DNA of 64,000 nucleotides from Eledone cirrhosa (GCA_964016885.1 OZ024742.1:1488001-1552000), one strand, 5' to 3'; counted from the first letter of the stretch, positions 15,001 to 30,000 are shown. Notes: generated by a model from the sequence alone, not told the origin. Translations and numbers: made by a program.

Positions 15001-18000
15001 TCTCACAAGACCTTCTGCTGTCCAGCTCTCCTCAGAGTTTCTTCTCACAAGACCTTCTGCTGTCCAGCCCTCCTCAGAATTTCTTCTCTCAAGACCTTCT
15101 GCTGTCCAGCCCTCCTCAAAGTTTCTTGTCACAAGACCTGCTGTCCAGCCCTCCTCAAAGTTTCTTCTCACAATACCTTCTACCGTCCAGCTTTCCTCAG
15201 AGTTTCTTCTCTCAAGACCTTCTGTTGTCCAGCTCTCCTCAGAGTTTCTTCTCACAATAACTTCTACTGTCCAGCCCTCCTCAGAGTTTCTTCTCTCAAG
15301 ACCTTCTGCTGTCCATCTCTCCTCATAGTTTCTTCTCTCAAGACCTTCTGCTGTCCATCTCTCCTCAGAGTTTCTTCTCTCAAGACCTTCTGCTGTCCAT
15401 CTCTCCTCATAGTTTCTTCTCTCAAGACCTTCTACTGTCCAGCCCTCCTCAGAGTTTCTTCTCTCAAGACCTTCTGCTGTCCATCTCTCCTCATAGTTTC
15501 TTCTCTCAAGACCTTCTGCTGTCCATCTCGCCTCATAGTTTCTTCTCTCAAGACCTTCTGCTGTCCATCTCTCCTCATAGTTTCTTCTCTCAAGACCTTC
15601 TGCTGTCCAGCCGTCCTCAGAGTTTCTTCTCTCAAGACCTTCTGCTGTCCAGCTCTCCTCAGAGTTTCTTCTCACTATAACTTCTACTGTCCAGCCCTCC
15701 TCAGAGTTTCTTCTCTCAAGACCTTCTGCTGTCCATCTCTCCTCATAGTTTCTTCTCTCAAGACCTTCTGCTGTCCATCTCTCCTCATAGTTTCTTCTCT
15801 CAAGACCTTCTGCTGTCCAGCCCTCCTCAGAGTTTCTTCTCACAAGACCTTCTGCTGTCCAGCTCTCCTCAGAGTTTCTTCTCACAAGACCTTCTGCTGT
15901 CCAGCCCTCCTCAGAATTTCTTCTCTCAAGACCTTCTGCTGTCCAGCCCTCCTCAAAGTTTCTTCTCACAAGACCTGCTGTCCAGCCCTCCTCAAAGTTT
16001 CTTCTCTCAAGACCTTCTGCTGTCCAGCCCTCCTCAGAATTTCTTCTCTCAAGACCTTTTGCTGTCCATCTCTCCTCATAGTTTCTTCTCTCAAGACCTT
16101 CTGCTGTTCATCTCTCTTCAGAGTTTCTTCTCTCAGACCTTCTGCTGTCCAGCCCTCCTCAAAGTTCCTCCTCTCAAGACCTTCTGCTGTCCAGCCCTCC
16201 TCAAAGTTTCTTCTCACAAGACCTTCTGCTGTCCAGCCCTCCTCAGAATTTCTTCTCTCAAGACCTTTTGCTGTCCAGCCCTCCTCAAAGTTTCTTCTCA
16301 CAAGTCCTGCTGTCCAGCTCTTCTCAGAGTGTCTTCTCTCAAGACCTTCTGCTGTCCAGCTCTCCTCAAAGTTTCTTCTCTCAAGACCTTCTGCTGTCCA
16401 GCTCTTCTCAGAGTTTCTTCTCTCAAGACCTTCTGCTGTCCAGCTCTTCTCAGAGTTTCTTCTCTCAAGACCTTCTGCTGTCTAGCCCTCCTCAAAGTTT
16501 CTTCCCTCAAGACCTTCTGCTGTCCAGCCTTCCTCAAAGTTTCTTCTCTCAAGACCTTCTGCTGTCCAACTCTCCTCAGAGTTTCTTCTCACAATACCTT
16601 CTACCGTCCAGCTCTCCTCAGAGTTTCTTCTCACTATAACTTCTACTGTCCAGCCCTCCTCAGAGTTTCTTCTCTCAAGACCTTCTGCTGTCTAGCCCTC
16701 CTCAAAGTTCCTTCTCACAAGACCTTCTGCTGTCCAGCCCTCCTCAAACTTTCTTCTCTCATGACCTTCTGCTGTCCAGCTCTCCTCAGAGTTTCTTCTC
16801 ACAAGACCTTCTGCTGTCCAGCTCTCCTCAGCGTTTCTTCTCTCAAGACCTTCTTCTGTCCAGCTCTCCTCATAGTTTCTTCTCTCAAGACCTTCTGCTG
16901 TCCAGCTCTCCTCAGAGTTTCTTCTCTGGAGACCTTCTGCTGTCCAGCTTTCCTCAGAGTTTCTTCTCTCAAGACCTTCTGTTGTCCAGCTCTTCTCAGA
17001 GTTTCTTATGACAATACCTTCTACCGTCCAGCTCTCCTCAGAGTTTCTTCTCACAAGACCTTCTGCTGTCCAGCTCTCCTCAGAGTTTCTTCTCTCAAGA
17101 CCTGCTTCCAGCTTTCCTCAGAGTTTCTTCTCTCAAGACCTTCTGTTGTCCAGCTCTTCTCAGAGTTTCTTCTGACAATACCTTCTACCGTCCAGCTCTC
17201 CTCAGAGTTTCTTCTCACAAGACCTTCTGCTGTCCAGCTCTCCTCAGAGTTTCTTCTCTCAAGACCTGCTTCCAGCTTTCCTCAGAGTTTCTTCTCTCAA
17301 GACCTTCTGTTGTCCAGCTCTCCTCAGAGTTTCTTCTCACAATACCTTCTACCGTCCAGCTCTCCTCAGAGTTTCTTCTCACTATAACTTCTACTGTCCA
17401 GCCCTCCTCAGAGTTTCTTCTCTCAAGACCTTCTGCTGTCCATCTCGCCTCATAGTTTCTTCTCTCAAGACCTTCTGCTGTCCATCTCTCCTCATAGTTT
17501 CTTCTCTCAAGACCTTCTGCTGTCCAGCCCTCCTCAGAGTTTCTTCTCTCAAGACCTTCTGCTGTCCAGCTCTCCTCAGAGTTTCTTCTCACTATAACTT
17601 TTACTGTCCAGCCCTCCTCAGAGTTTCTTCTCTCAAGACCTTCTGCTGTCCATCTCTCCTCATAGTTTCTTCTCTCAAGACCTTCTGCTGTCCATCTCTC
17701 CTCATAGTTTCTTCTCTCAAGACCTTCTGCTGTCCAGCCCTCCTCAGAGTTTCTTCTCACAAGACCTTCTGCTGTCCAGCGCTCCTCAGAGTTTCTTCTC
17801 ACAAGACCTTCTGCTGTCCAGCCCTCCTCAGAATTTCTTCTCTCAAGACCTTCTGCTGTCCAGCCCTCCTCAAAGTTTCTTCTCACAAGACCTGCTGTCC
17901 AGCCCTCCTCAAAGTTTCTTCTCTCAAGACCTTCTGCTGTCCAGCTCTCCTCAGAGTGTCTTCTCTCAAGACCTTCTGCTGTCCAGCTCTCCTCAGAGTG

Positions 18001-21000
18001 TCTTCTCTCAAGACCTTCTGCTGTCCAGCTCTCCTCAGAGTTTCTTCTCTCAAGACCTTCTGCTCTCCAGCTCTCCTCAGAGTTTCTCTCTCAAGACCTT
18101 CTGTTGTCCAGCTCTTCTCAGAGTTTCTTCTCTCAAGACCTTCTGCTGTCTAGCCCTCCTCAAAGTTTCTTCTCTCAAGACCTTCTGCTGTCCAACTCTC
18201 CTCAGAGTTTCTTCTCACAAGACCTTCTGCTGTCCAGCCCTCCTCAAAGTTTCTTCTCACAAGACCTTCTGCTGTCCAGCCCTCCTCAGAATTTCTTCTC
18301 TCAAGACCTTTTGCTGTCCAGCCCTCCTCAAAGTTTCTTCTCACAAGACCTGCTGTCCAGCTCTTCTCAGAGTGTCTTCTCTCAAGACCTTCTGCTGTCC
18401 AGCTCTCCTCAAAGTTTCTTCTCTCAAGACCTTCTGCTGTCCAGCTCTTCTCAGAGTTTCTTCTCTCAAGACCTTCTGCTGTCCAGCTCTTCTCAGAGTT
18501 TCTTCTCTCAAGACCTTCTGCTGTCTAGCCCTCCTCAAAGTTTCTTCCCTCAAGACCTTCTGCTGTCCAGCCTTCCTCAAAGTTTCTTCTCTCAAGACCT
18601 TCTGCTGTCCAACTCTCCTCAGAGTTTCTTCTCACAATACCTTCTACCGTCCAGCTCTCCTCAGAGTTTCTTCTCACTATAACTTCTACTGTCCAGCCCT
18701 CCTCAGAGTTTCTTCTCTCAAGACCTTCTGCTGTCTAGCCCTCCTCAAAGTTCCTTCTCACAAGACCTTCTGCTGTCCAGCCCTCCTCAAACTTTCTTCT
18801 CTCAAGACCTTCTGCTGTCCAGCTCTCCTCAGAGTTTCTTCTCACAAGACCTTCTGCTGTCCAGCTTTCCTCAGAGTTTCTTCTCACAAGACCTTCTGCT
18901 GTCCAGCTTTCCTCAGTGTTTCTTCTCTCAAGACCATCTGCTGTCCGGCTCTCCCCAGAGTTTCTTCTCTCAAGACCTTCTGCTGTCCGGCTCTTCTCAG
19001 AGTTTCTTCTCTCAAGACCTTCTGCTGTCCGGCTCTCCTCAGAGTTTCTTCCCTCAAGACCTTCTGCTGTCCAGCCTCCTCAAAGTTCCTTCTCTCAAGA
19101 CCTTCTGCTGTCCAGCTCTCCTCAGAGTGTCTTCTCTCAAGACCTTCTGCTGTCCAGCTCTCCTCAGAGTGTCTTCTCTCAAGACCTTCTGCTGTCCAGC
19201 TCTCCTCAGAGTTTCTTCTCTCAAGACCTTCTGCTCTCTAGCTCTCCTCAGAGTTTCTCTCTCAAGACCTTCTGCTGTCCAGCTCTTCTCAGAGTTTCTT
19301 CTCTCAAGACCTTCTGCTGTCTAGCCCTCCTCAAAGTTTCTTCTCTCAAGACCTTCTGCTGTCCAACTCTCCTCAGAGTTTCTTCTCACAAGACCTTCTG
19401 CTGTCCAGCCCTCCTCAAAGTTTCTTCTCACAAGACCTTCTGCTGTCCAGCCCTCCTCAGAATTTCTTCTCTCAAGACCTTCTGCTGTCCAGCCCTCCTC
19501 AAAGTTTCTTCTCTCAAGACCTTCTGCTGTCCAGCTCTCCTCAGAGTTTCTTCTCTGGAGACCTTCTGCTGTCCAGCTTTCCTCAGAGTTTCTTCTCTCA
19601 AGACCTTCTGTTGTCCAGCTCTTCTCAGAGTTTCTTCTGACAATACCTTCTACCGTCCAGCTCTCCTCAGAGTTTCTTCTCTCAAGACCTTCTGCTCTCC
19701 AGCTCTCCTCAGAGTTTCTCTCTCAAGACCTTCTGTTGTCCAGCTCTTCTCAGAGTTTCTTCTCTCAAGACCTTCTGCTGTCTAGCCCTCCTCAAAGTTT
19801 CTTCTCTCAAGACCTTCTGCTGTCCAACTCTCCTCAGAGTTTCTTCTCACAAGACCTTCTGCTGTCCAGCCCTCCTCAAAGTTTCTTCTCACAAGACCTT
19901 CTGCTGTCCAGCCCTCCTCAGAATTTCTTCTCTCAAGACCTTTTGCTGTCCAGTCCTCCTCAAAGTTTCTTCTCACAAGACCTGCTGTCCAGCTCTTCTC
20001 AGAGTGTCTTCTCTCAAGACCTTCTGCTGTCCAGCTCTCCTCAAAGTTTCTTCTCTCAAGACCTTCTGCTGTCCAGCTCTTCTCAGAGTTTCTTCTCTCA
20101 AGACCTTCTGCTGTCCAGCTCTTCTCAGAGTTTCTTCTCTCAAGACCTTCTGCTGTCTAGCCCTCCTCAAAGTTTCTTCCCTCAAGACCTTCTGCTGTCC
20201 AGCCTTCCTCAAAGTTTCTTCTCTCAAGACCTTCTGCTGTCCAACTCTCCTCAGAGTTTCTTCTCACAATACCTTCTACCGTCCAGCTCTCCTCAGAGTT
20301 TCTTCTCACTATAACTTCTACTGTCCAGCCCTCCTCAGAGTTTCTTCTCTCAAGACCTTCTGCTGTCTAGCCCTCCTCAAAGTTCCTTCTCACAAGACCT
20401 TCTGCTGTCCAGCCCTCCTCAAACTTTCTTCTCTCAAGACCTTCTGCTGTCCAGCTCTCCTCAGAGTTTCTTCTCACAAGACCTTCTGCTGTCCAGCTTT
20501 CCTCAGAGTTTCTTCTCACAAGACCTTCTGCTGTCCAGCTTTCCTCAGTGTTTCTTCTCTCAAGACCATCTGCTGTCCGGCTCTCCCCAGAGTTTCTTCT
20601 CTCAAGACCTTCTGCTGTCCGGCTCTTCTCAGAGTTTCTTCTCTCAAGACCTTCTGCTGTCCGGCTCTCCTCAGAGTTTCTTCTCTCAAGACCTTCTGCT
20701 GTCCAGCCTCCTCAAAGTTTCTTCTCTCAAGACCTTCTGCTGTCCAGCTCTCCTCAGAGTGTCTTCTCTCAAGACCTTCTGCTGTCCAGCTCTCCTCAGA
20801 GTGTCTTCTCTCAAGACCTTCTGCTGTCCAGCTCTCCTCAGAGTTTCTTCTCTCAAGACCTTCTGCTCTCCAGCTCTCCTCAGAGTTTCTCTCTCAAGAC
20901 CTTCTGTTGTCCAGCTCTTCTCAGAGTTTCTTCTCTCAAGACCTTCTGCTGTCCAGCCTCCTCAAAGTTTCTTCTCTCAAGACCTTCTGCTGTCCAGCTC

Positions 21001-24000
21001 TCCTCAGAGTGTCTTCTCTCAAGACCTTCTGCTGTCCAGCTCTCCTCAGAGTGTCTTCTCTCAAGACCTTCTGCTGTCCATCTCTCCTCATAGTTTCTTC
21101 TCTCAAGACCTTCTGCTGTCCAGCCCTCCTCAGAGTTTCTTCTCACAAGACCTTCTGCTGTCCAGCCCTCCTCAGAATTTCTTCTCTCAAGACCTTTTGC
21201 TGTCCAGCCCTCCTCAAAGTTTCTTCTCACAAGACCTGCTGTCCAGCTCTTCTCAGAGTGTCTTCTCTCAAGACCTTCTGCTGTCCAGCTCTCCTCAAAG
21301 TTTCTTCTCTCAAGACCTTCTGCTGTCCAGCTCTCCTCAGAGTTTCTTCTCTCAAGACCTTCTGCTGTCCAGCTCTTCTCAGAGTTTCTTCTCTCAAGAC
21401 CTTCTGCTGTCTAGCCCTCCTCAAAGTTTCTTCCCTCAAGACCTTCTGCTGTCCAGCCTTCCTCAAAGTTTCTTCTCTCAAGACCTTCTGCTGTCCAACT
21501 CTCCTCAGAGTTTCTTCTCACAATACCTTCTACCGTCCAGCTCTCCTCAGAGTTTCTTCTCACTATAACTTCTACTGTCCAGCCCTCCTCAGAGTTTCTT
21601 CTCTCAAGACCTTCTGCTGTCTAGCCCTCCTCAAAGTTCCTTCTCACAAGACCTTCTGCTGTCCAGCCCTCCTCAAACTTTCTTCTCTCAAGACCTTCTG
21701 CTGTCCAGCTCTCCTCAGAGTTTCTTCTCACAAGACCTTCTGCTGTCCAGCTTTCCTCAGAGTTTCTTCTCACAAGACCTTCTGCTGTCCAGCTTTCCTC
21801 AGTGTTTCTTCTCTCAAGACCATCTGCTGTCCGGCTCTCCCCAGAGTTTCTTCTCTCAAGACCTTCTGCTGTCCGGCTCTTCTCAGAGTTTCTTCTCTCA
21901 AGACCTTCTGCTGTCCGGCTCTCCTCAGAGTTTCTTCTCTCAAGACCTTCTGCTGTCCAGCCTCCTCAAAGTTTCTTCTCTCAAGACCTTCTGCTGTCCA
22001 GCTCTCCTCAGAGTGTCTTCTCTCAAGACCTTCTGCTGTCCAGCTCTCCTCAGAGTGTCTTCTCTCAAGACCTTCTGCTGTCCAGCTCTCCTCAGAGTTT
22101 CTTCTCTCAAGACCTTCTGCTCTCCAGCTCTCCTCAGAGTTTCTCTCTCAAGACCTTCTGTTGTCCAGCTCTTCTCAGAGTTTCTTCTCTCAAGACCTTC
22201 TGCTGTCCAGCCTCCTCAAAGTTTCTTCTCTCAAGACCTTCTGCTGTCCAGCTCTCCTCAGAGTGTCTTCTCTCAAGACCTTCTGCTGTCCAGCTCTCCT
22301 CAGAGTGTCTTCTCTCAAGACCTTCTGCTGTCCATCTCTCCTCATAGTTTCTTCTCTCAAGACCTTCTGCTGTCCAGCCCTCCTCAGAGTTTCTTCTCAC
22401 AAGACCTTCTGCTGTCCAGCCCTCCTCAGAATTTCTTCTCTCAAGACCTTTTGCTGTCCAGCCCTCCTCAAAGTTTCTTCTCACAAGACCTGCTGTCCAG
22501 CTCTTCTCAGAGTGTCTTCTCTCAAGACCTTCTGCTGTCCAGCTCTCCTCAAAGTTTCTTCTCTCAAGACCTTCTGCTGTCCAGCTCTTCTCAGAGTTTC
22601 TTCTCTCAAGACCTTCTGCTGTCCAGCTCTTCTCAGAGTTTCTTCTCTCAAGACCTTCTGCTGTCTAGCCCTCCTCAAAGTTTCTTCCCTCAAGACCTTC
22701 TGCTGTCCAGCCTTCCTCAAAGTTTCTTCTCTCAAGACCTTCTGCTGTCCAACTCTCCTCAGAGTTTCTTCTCACAATACCTTCTACCATCCAGCTCTCC
22801 TCAGAGTTTCTTCTCACTAAAACTTCTACTGTCCAGCCCTCCTCAGAGTTTCTTCTCTCAAGACCTTCTGCTGTCTAGCCCTCCTCAAAGTTCCTTCTCA
22901 CAAGACCTTCTGCTGTCCAGCCCTCCTCAAACTTTCTTCTCTCAAGACCTTCTGCTGTCCAGCTCTCCTCAGAGTTTCTTCTCACAAGACCTTCTGCTGT
23001 CCAGCTTTCCTCAGAGTTTCTTCTCTCAAGACCTTCTTCTGTCCAGCTCTCCTCATAGTTTCTTCTCTCAAGACCTTCTGCTGTCCAGCTCTCCTCAGAG
23101 TTTCTTCTCTGGAGACCTTCTGCTGTCCAGCTTTCCTCAGAGTTTCTTCTCTCAAGACCTTCTGTTGTCCAGCTCTTCTCAGAGTTTCTTCTGACAATAC
23201 CTTCTACCGTCCAGCTCTCCTCAGAGTTTCTTCTCACAAGACCTTCTGCTGTCCAGCTCTCCTCAGAGTTTCTTCTCTCAAGACCTGCTTCCAGCTTTCC
23301 TCAGAGTTTCTTCTCTCAAGACCTTCTGTTGTCCAGCTCTCCTCAGAGTTTCTTCTCACAATACCTTCTACCGTCCAGCTCTCCTCAGAGTTTCTTCTCA
23401 CTATAACTTCTACTGTCCAGCCCTCCTCAGAGTTTCTTCTCTCAAGACCTTCTGCTGTCCATCTCGCCTCATAGTTTCTTCTCTCAAGACCTTCTGCTGT
23501 CCATCTCTCCTCATAGTTTCTTCTCTCAAGACCTTCTGCTGTCCAGCCCTCCTCAGAGTTTCTTCTCTCAAGACCTTCTGCTGTCCAGCTCTCCTCAGAG
23601 TTTCTTCTCACTATAACTTCTACTGTCCAGCCCTCCTCAGAGTTTCTTCTCTCAAGACCTTCTGCTGTCCATCTCTCCTCATAGTTTCTTCTCTCAAGAC
23701 CTTCTGCTGTCCATCTCTCCTCATAGTTTCTTCTCTCAAGACCTTCTGCTGTCCAGCCCTCCTCAGAGTTTCTTCTCACAAGACCTTCTGCTGTCCAGCT
23801 CTCCTCAGAGTTTCTTCTCACAAGACCTTCTGCTGTCCAGCCCTCCTCAGAATTTCTTCTCTCAAGACCTTCTGCTGTCCAGCCCTCCTCAAAGTTTCTT
23901 CTCACAAGACCTGCTGTCCAGCCCTCCTCAAAGTTTCTTCTCTCAAGACCTTCTGCTGTCCAGCTCTCCTCAGAGTGTCTTCTCTCAAGACCTTCTGCTG

Positions 24001-27000
24001 TCCAGCTCTCCTCAGAGTGTCTTCTCTCAAGACCTTCTGCTGTCCAGCTCTCCTCAGAGTTTCTTCTCTCAAGACATTCTGCTGTCCAGCTCTCCTCAGA
24101 GTTTCTCTCTCAAGACCTTCTGTTGTCCAGCTCTTCTCAGAGTTTCTTCTCTCAAGACCTTCTGCTGTCTAGCCCTCCTCAAAGTTTCTTCTCTCAAGAC
24201 CTTCTGCTGTCCAACTCTCCTCAGAGTTTCTTCTCACAAGACCTTCTGCTGTACAGCCCTCCTCAGAGTTTCTTCTCTCAAGACCTTCTGCTGTCTAGCC
24301 CTCCTCAAAGTTTCTTCTCACAAGACCTTCTGCTGTCCAGCCCTCCTCAAAGTTTCTTCTCTCAAGACCTTCTGCTGTCCAGCTCTCCTCAGAGTTTCTT
24401 CTCACAAGACCTTCTGCTGTCCAGCTCTCCTCAGAGTTTCTTCTCTCAAGACCTTCTTCTGTCCAGCTCTCCTCATAGTTTCTTCTCTCAAGACCTTCTG
24501 CTGTCCAGCTCTCCTCAGAGTTTCTTCTCTGGAGACCTTCTGCTGTCCAGCTTTCCTCAGAGTTTCTTCTCTCAAGACCTCCTGTTGTCCAGCTCACCTC
24601 AGAGTTTCTTCTCACAATACCTTCTACCGTCCAGCTCTCCTCAGAGTTTCTTCTCACAAGACCTTTTGCTGTCCAGCTCTCCTCAGAGTTTCTTCTCTCA
24701 AGACCTGCTCCCAGCTTTCCTCAGAGTTTCTTCTCTCAAGACCTTCTGTTGTCCAGCTCTCCTCAGAGTTTCTTCTCACAATACCTTCTACCGTCCAGCT
24801 TTCCTCAGAGTTTCTTCTCTCAAGACCTTCTGTTGTCCAGCTCTCCTCAGAGTTTCTTCTCACAAGAACTTCTACTGTCCAGCCCTCCTCAGAGTTTCTT
24901 CTCTCAAGACCTTCTGCTGTCCATCTCTCCTCATAGTTTCTTCTCTCAAGACATTCTGCTGTCCATCTCTCCTCAGAGTTTCTTCTCTCAAGACCTTCTG
25001 CTGTCCATCTCTCCTCATAGTTTCTTCTCTCAAGACCTTCTGTTGTCCAGCTCTCCTCAGAGTTTCTTCTCACAATACCTTCTACCGTCCAGCTTTCCTC
25101 AGAGTTTCTTCTCTCAAGACCTTCTGTTGTCCAGCTCTCCTCAGAGTTTCTTCTCACAATAACTTCTACTGTCCAGCCCTCCTCAGAGTTTCTTCTCTCA
25201 AGACCTTCTGCTGTCCAGCCTCCTCAAAGTTTCTTCTCTCAATACCTGCTGTCCAACTCTACTCAGAGTTTCTTCTCTCAAGACCTTCTGCTTTCCAGCT
25301 CTCCTCAGAGTTTCTTCTCTCAAGACCTTCTGCTGTCCAGCTCTCCTCAGAGTTTCTTCTCTCAAGACCTTCTGCTGTCCAGCCTCCTCAAAGTTTCTTC
25401 TCTCAAGACCTTCTGCTGTCCAACTCTCCTCAGAGTTTCTTCTCTCAAGACCTGCTGTCCAGCTCTCCTCAGAGTTTCTTCTCTCAAGACCTTCTGCTGT
25501 CCAGCTCTCCTTATAGTTTCTTCTCTCAAGACCTTCTGCTGTCCAGCTCTCCTCAGAGTTTCTTCTCTCAAGACCTTCTGCTGTCCGACCCTCCTCAGAG
25601 TTTCTTCTCTCAAGACCTTCTGCTGTCCAGCTCTCCTCAGAGTTTCTTCTCTCAAGACCTTCTGCTGTCCAGCCCTCCTCAGAGTTTCTTCTCTCAGACC
25701 TTCTGCTGTCCATCTCTCCTTTGAGTTTCTTCTCTCAAGACCTTCTGCTGTCCAGCTCTCCTCAGAGTTTCTTCTCTCAAGACCTTCTGCTGTCCTGCAC
25801 TCCTCAGAGTTTCTTCTCTCAAGACCTTCTGCTGTCCAGCTGTCCTCAGAGTTTCTTCTCTCAGACCTTCTACTGTCAAGCTCTCCTTTGAAGTTTCTTC
25901 TCTCAAGACCTTCTGCTGTGCAGCACTCCTCAGAGTTTCTTCTCTCAAGACCTTCTGTTGTCCAGCTCTCCTCAGAGTATCTTCTCACAATACCTTCTAC
26001 TGTCCAGCACTCCTCAGAGTTTCTTCTCTCAAGACCTTCTGTTGTCCAGCTCTCCTCAGATTTTCTTCTCTGGAGACCTTCTGCTGTCCAGCTTTCCTCA
26101 GAGTTTCTTCTCACGAGACCTTCTGCTGTCCAGCGCTCCTCAGAGTTTCTTCTCTCAAGACCTTCTGCTGTCTAGCCCTCCTCAAAGTTTCTTCTCTCAA
26201 GACCTTCTGCTGTCCAGCCCTCCTCATAGTTTCTTCTCTGGAGACCTTCTGCTGTCCAGCTTTCCTCAGAGTTTCTTCTCACAAGACCTTCTGCTGTCCA
26301 GCTGTCCTCAGAATTTCTCTCTCAAGACCTTCTGTTGTACAGCTCTTCTCAGAGTTTCTTCTCTCAAGACCTTCTGCTGTCCAGCCCTTTTCAAAGTTTC
26401 TTCTCTCAAGACCTTCTGCTGTCCAGCCCTCCTCAAAGTTTCTTCTCTCAAGACCTTCTGCTGTCCAGCTCTCCTCAGAGTTTCTTCTCACAAGACCTTC
26501 TACCGTCCAGCTCTCCTCAGAGTTTCTTCTCACAAGACCTTCTGCTGTCCAGCTCTCGTCATAGTTTCTTCTCTCAAGACCTTCTGCTGTCCAGCTCTCC
26601 TCAGAGTTTCTTGTCTGGAGACCTTCTGCTGTCCAGCTTTCCTCAGAGTTCCTTCTCTCAAGACCTTCTGTTGTCCAGCTCTCCTCAGAGTTTCTTCTCA
26701 CAATACCTTCTACCGTCCAGCTCTCCTCAGAGTTTCTTCTCACAGGACCTTCTGCTGTCCAGCTCTCCTCAGAGTTTCTTCTCTCAAGACCTTCTGCTGT
26801 CCAGCTCTCCTCAGAGTTTCTCTCTCAAGACCTTCTGTTGTCCACCTCTTCTCAGAGTTTCTTCTCTCAAGACCTTCTGCTGTCTAGCCCTCCTCAAAGT
26901 TTCTTCTCTCAAGACCTTCTGCTGTCCAGCCCTCCTCAAAGTTTCTTCTCTCAAGACCTTCTGCTGTCTAGCCCTCCTCAAAGTTTCTTCTCACAAGACC

Positions 27001-30000
27001 TTCTGCTGTCCAACTCTCCTCAGAGTTTCTTCTCACAAGACCTTCTGCTGTCTAGCCCTCCTCAGAGTTTCTTCTCTCAAGACCTTCTGCTGTCCATCTC
27101 TCCTCATAGTTTCTTCTCTCAAGACCTTCTGCTGTCCATCTCTCCTCATAGTTTCTTCTCTCAAGACCTGCTGTCCAGCCCTCCTCAAAGTTCCTCCTCT
27201 CAAGACCTTCTGCTGTCCAGCCCTCCTCAGAGTTTCTTCTCACAAGACCTTCTGCTGTCCAGCCCTCCTCAGAATTTCTTCTCTCAAGACCTTTTGCTGT
27301 CCAGCCCTCCTCAAAGTTTCTTCTCACATGACATGCTGTCCAGCCTCCTCAGAGTTTCTTCTCACAAGACCTTCTACCGTCCAGCTCTCCTCAGAGTTTC
27401 TTCTCACAAGACCTTCTGCTGTCCAGCTCTCGTCATAGTTTCTTCTCTCAAGACCTTCTGCTGTCCAGCTCTCCTCAGAGTTTCTTGTCTGGAGACCTTC
27501 TGCTGTCCAGCTTTCCTCAGAGTTCCTTCTCTCAAGACCTTCTGTTGTCCAGCTCTCCTCAGAGTTTCTTCTCACAATACCTTCTACCGTCCAGCTCTCC
27601 TCAGAGTTTCTTCTCACAGGACCTTCTGCTGTCCAGCTCTCCTCAGAGTTTCTTCTCTCAAGACCTTCTGCTGTCCAGCTCTCCTCAGAGTTTCTCTCTC
27701 AAGACCTTCTGTTGTCCACCTCTTCTCAGAGTTTCTTCTCTCAAGACCTTCTGCTGTCTAGCCCTCCTCAAAGTTTCTTCTCTCAAGACCTTCTGCTGTC
27801 CAGCCCTCCTCAAAGTTTCTTCTCTCAAGACCTTCTGCTGTCTAGCCCTCCTCAAAGTTTCTTCTCACAAGACCTTCTGCTGTCCAACTCTCCTCAGAGT
27901 TTCTTCTCACAAGACCTTCTGCTGTCTAGCCCTCCTCAGAGTTTCTTCTCTCAAGACCTTCTGCTGTCCATCTCTCCTCATAGTTTCTTCTCTCAAGACC
28001 TTCTGCTGTCCATCTCTCCTCATAGTTTCTTCTCTCAAGACCTGCTGTCCAGCCCTCCTTAAAGTTCCTCCTCTCAAGACCTTCTGCTGTCCAGCCCTCC
28101 TCAGAGTTTCTTCTCACAAGACCTTCTGCTGTCCAGCCCTCCTCAGAATTTCTTCTCTCAAGACCTTTTGCTGTCCAGCCCTCCTCAAAGTTTCTTCTCA
28201 CATGACATGCTGTCCAGCCTCCTCAGAGTTTCTTCTCTGGAGACCTTCTGCTGTCCAGCTTTCCTCAGAGTTTCTTCTCTCAAGACCTTCTGCTGTCCAG
28301 CTCTCCTCAGAGTTTCTCTCTCAAGACCTTCTGTTGTCCAGCTCTCCTCAGAGTTTCTTCTCACAGGACCTTCTGCTGTCCAGCTCTCCTCAGAGTTTCT
28401 TCTCTCAAGACCTTCTGCTGTCCAGCTCTCCTCAGAGTTTCTCTCTCAAGACCTTCTGTTGTCCAGCTCTCCTCAGAGTTTCTTCTCACGAGACCTTCTA
28501 CCGTCCAGCTCTCCTCAGAGTTTCTTCTCTCAAGACCTTCTGCTGTCTAGCCCTCCTCAAAGTTTCTTCTCTCAAGACCTTCTGCTGTCCAGCCCTCCTC
28601 AGAATTTCTTCTCTCAAGACCTTTTGCTGTCCAGCCCTCCTCAAAGTTTCTTCTCACAAGACCTGCTGTCCAGCTCTTCTCAGAGTGTCTTCTCTCAAGA
28701 CCTTCTGCTGTCCAGCTCTCCTCAAAGTTTCTTCTCTCAAGACCTTCTGCTGTCCAGCTCTTCTCAGAGTTTCTTCTCTCAAGACCTTCTGCTGTCCAGC
28801 TCTTCTCAGAGTTTCTTCTCTCAAGACCTTCTGCTGTCTAGCCCTCCTCAAAGTTTCTTCCCTCAAGACCTTCTGCTGTCCAGCCCTCCTCAAAGTTTCT
28901 TCTCTCAAGACCTTCTGCTGTCCAACTCTCCTCAGAGTTTCTTCTCACAATACCTTCTACCGTCCAGCTCTCCTCAGAGTTTCTTCTCACTATAACTTCT
29001 ACTGTCCAGCCCTCCTCAGAGTTTCTTCTCTCAAGACCTTCTGCTGTCTAGCCCTCCTCAAAGTTCCTTCTCACAAGACCTTCTGCTGTCCAGCCCTCCT
29101 CAAACTTTCTTCTCTCAAGACCTTCTGCTGTCCAGCACTCCTCAGAGTTTCTTCTCACAAGACCTTCTGCTGTCCAGCTCTCCTCAGAGTTTCTTCTCTC
29201 AAGACCTTCTTCTGTCCAGCTCTCCTCATAGTTTCTTCTCTCAAGACCTTCTGCTGTCCAGCTCTCCTCAGAGTTTCTTCTCTGGAGACCTTCTGCTGTC
29301 CAGCTTTCCTCAGAGTTTCTTCTCTCAAGACCTTCTGTTGTCCAGCTCTCCTCAGAGTTTCTTCTCACAATACCTTCTACCGTCCAGCTCTCCTCAGAGT
29401 TTCTTCTCACAAGACCTTCTGCTGTCCAGCTCTCCTCAGAGTTTCTTCTCTCAAGACCTGCTTCCAGCTTTCCTCAGAGTTTCTTCTCTCAAGACCTTCT
29501 GTTGTCCAGCTCTCCTCAGAGTTTCTTCTCACTATAACTTCTACTGTCCAGCCCTCCTCAGAGTTTCTTCTCTCAAGACCTTCTGCTGTCCATCTCGCCT
29601 CATAGTTTCTTCTCTCAAGACCTTCTGCTGTCCATCTCTCCTCATAGTTTCTTCTCTCAAGACCTTCTGCTGTCCAGCCCTCCTCAGAGTTTCTTCTCTC
29701 AAGACCTTCTGCTGTCCAGCTCTCCTCAGAGTTTCTTCTCACTATAACTTCTACTGTCCAGCCCTCCTCAGAGTTTCTTCTCTCAAGACCTTCTGCTGTC
29801 CATCTCTCCTCATAGTTTCTTCTCTCAAGACCTTCTGCTGTCCATCTCTCCTCATAGTTTCTTCTCTCAAGACCTTCTGCTGTCCAGCTCTCCTCAGAGT
29901 TTCTTCTCACAAGACCTTCTGCTGTCCAGCCCTCCTCAGAATTTCTTCTCTCAAGACCTTCTGCTGTCCAGCCCTCCTCAAAGTTTCTTCTCACAAGACC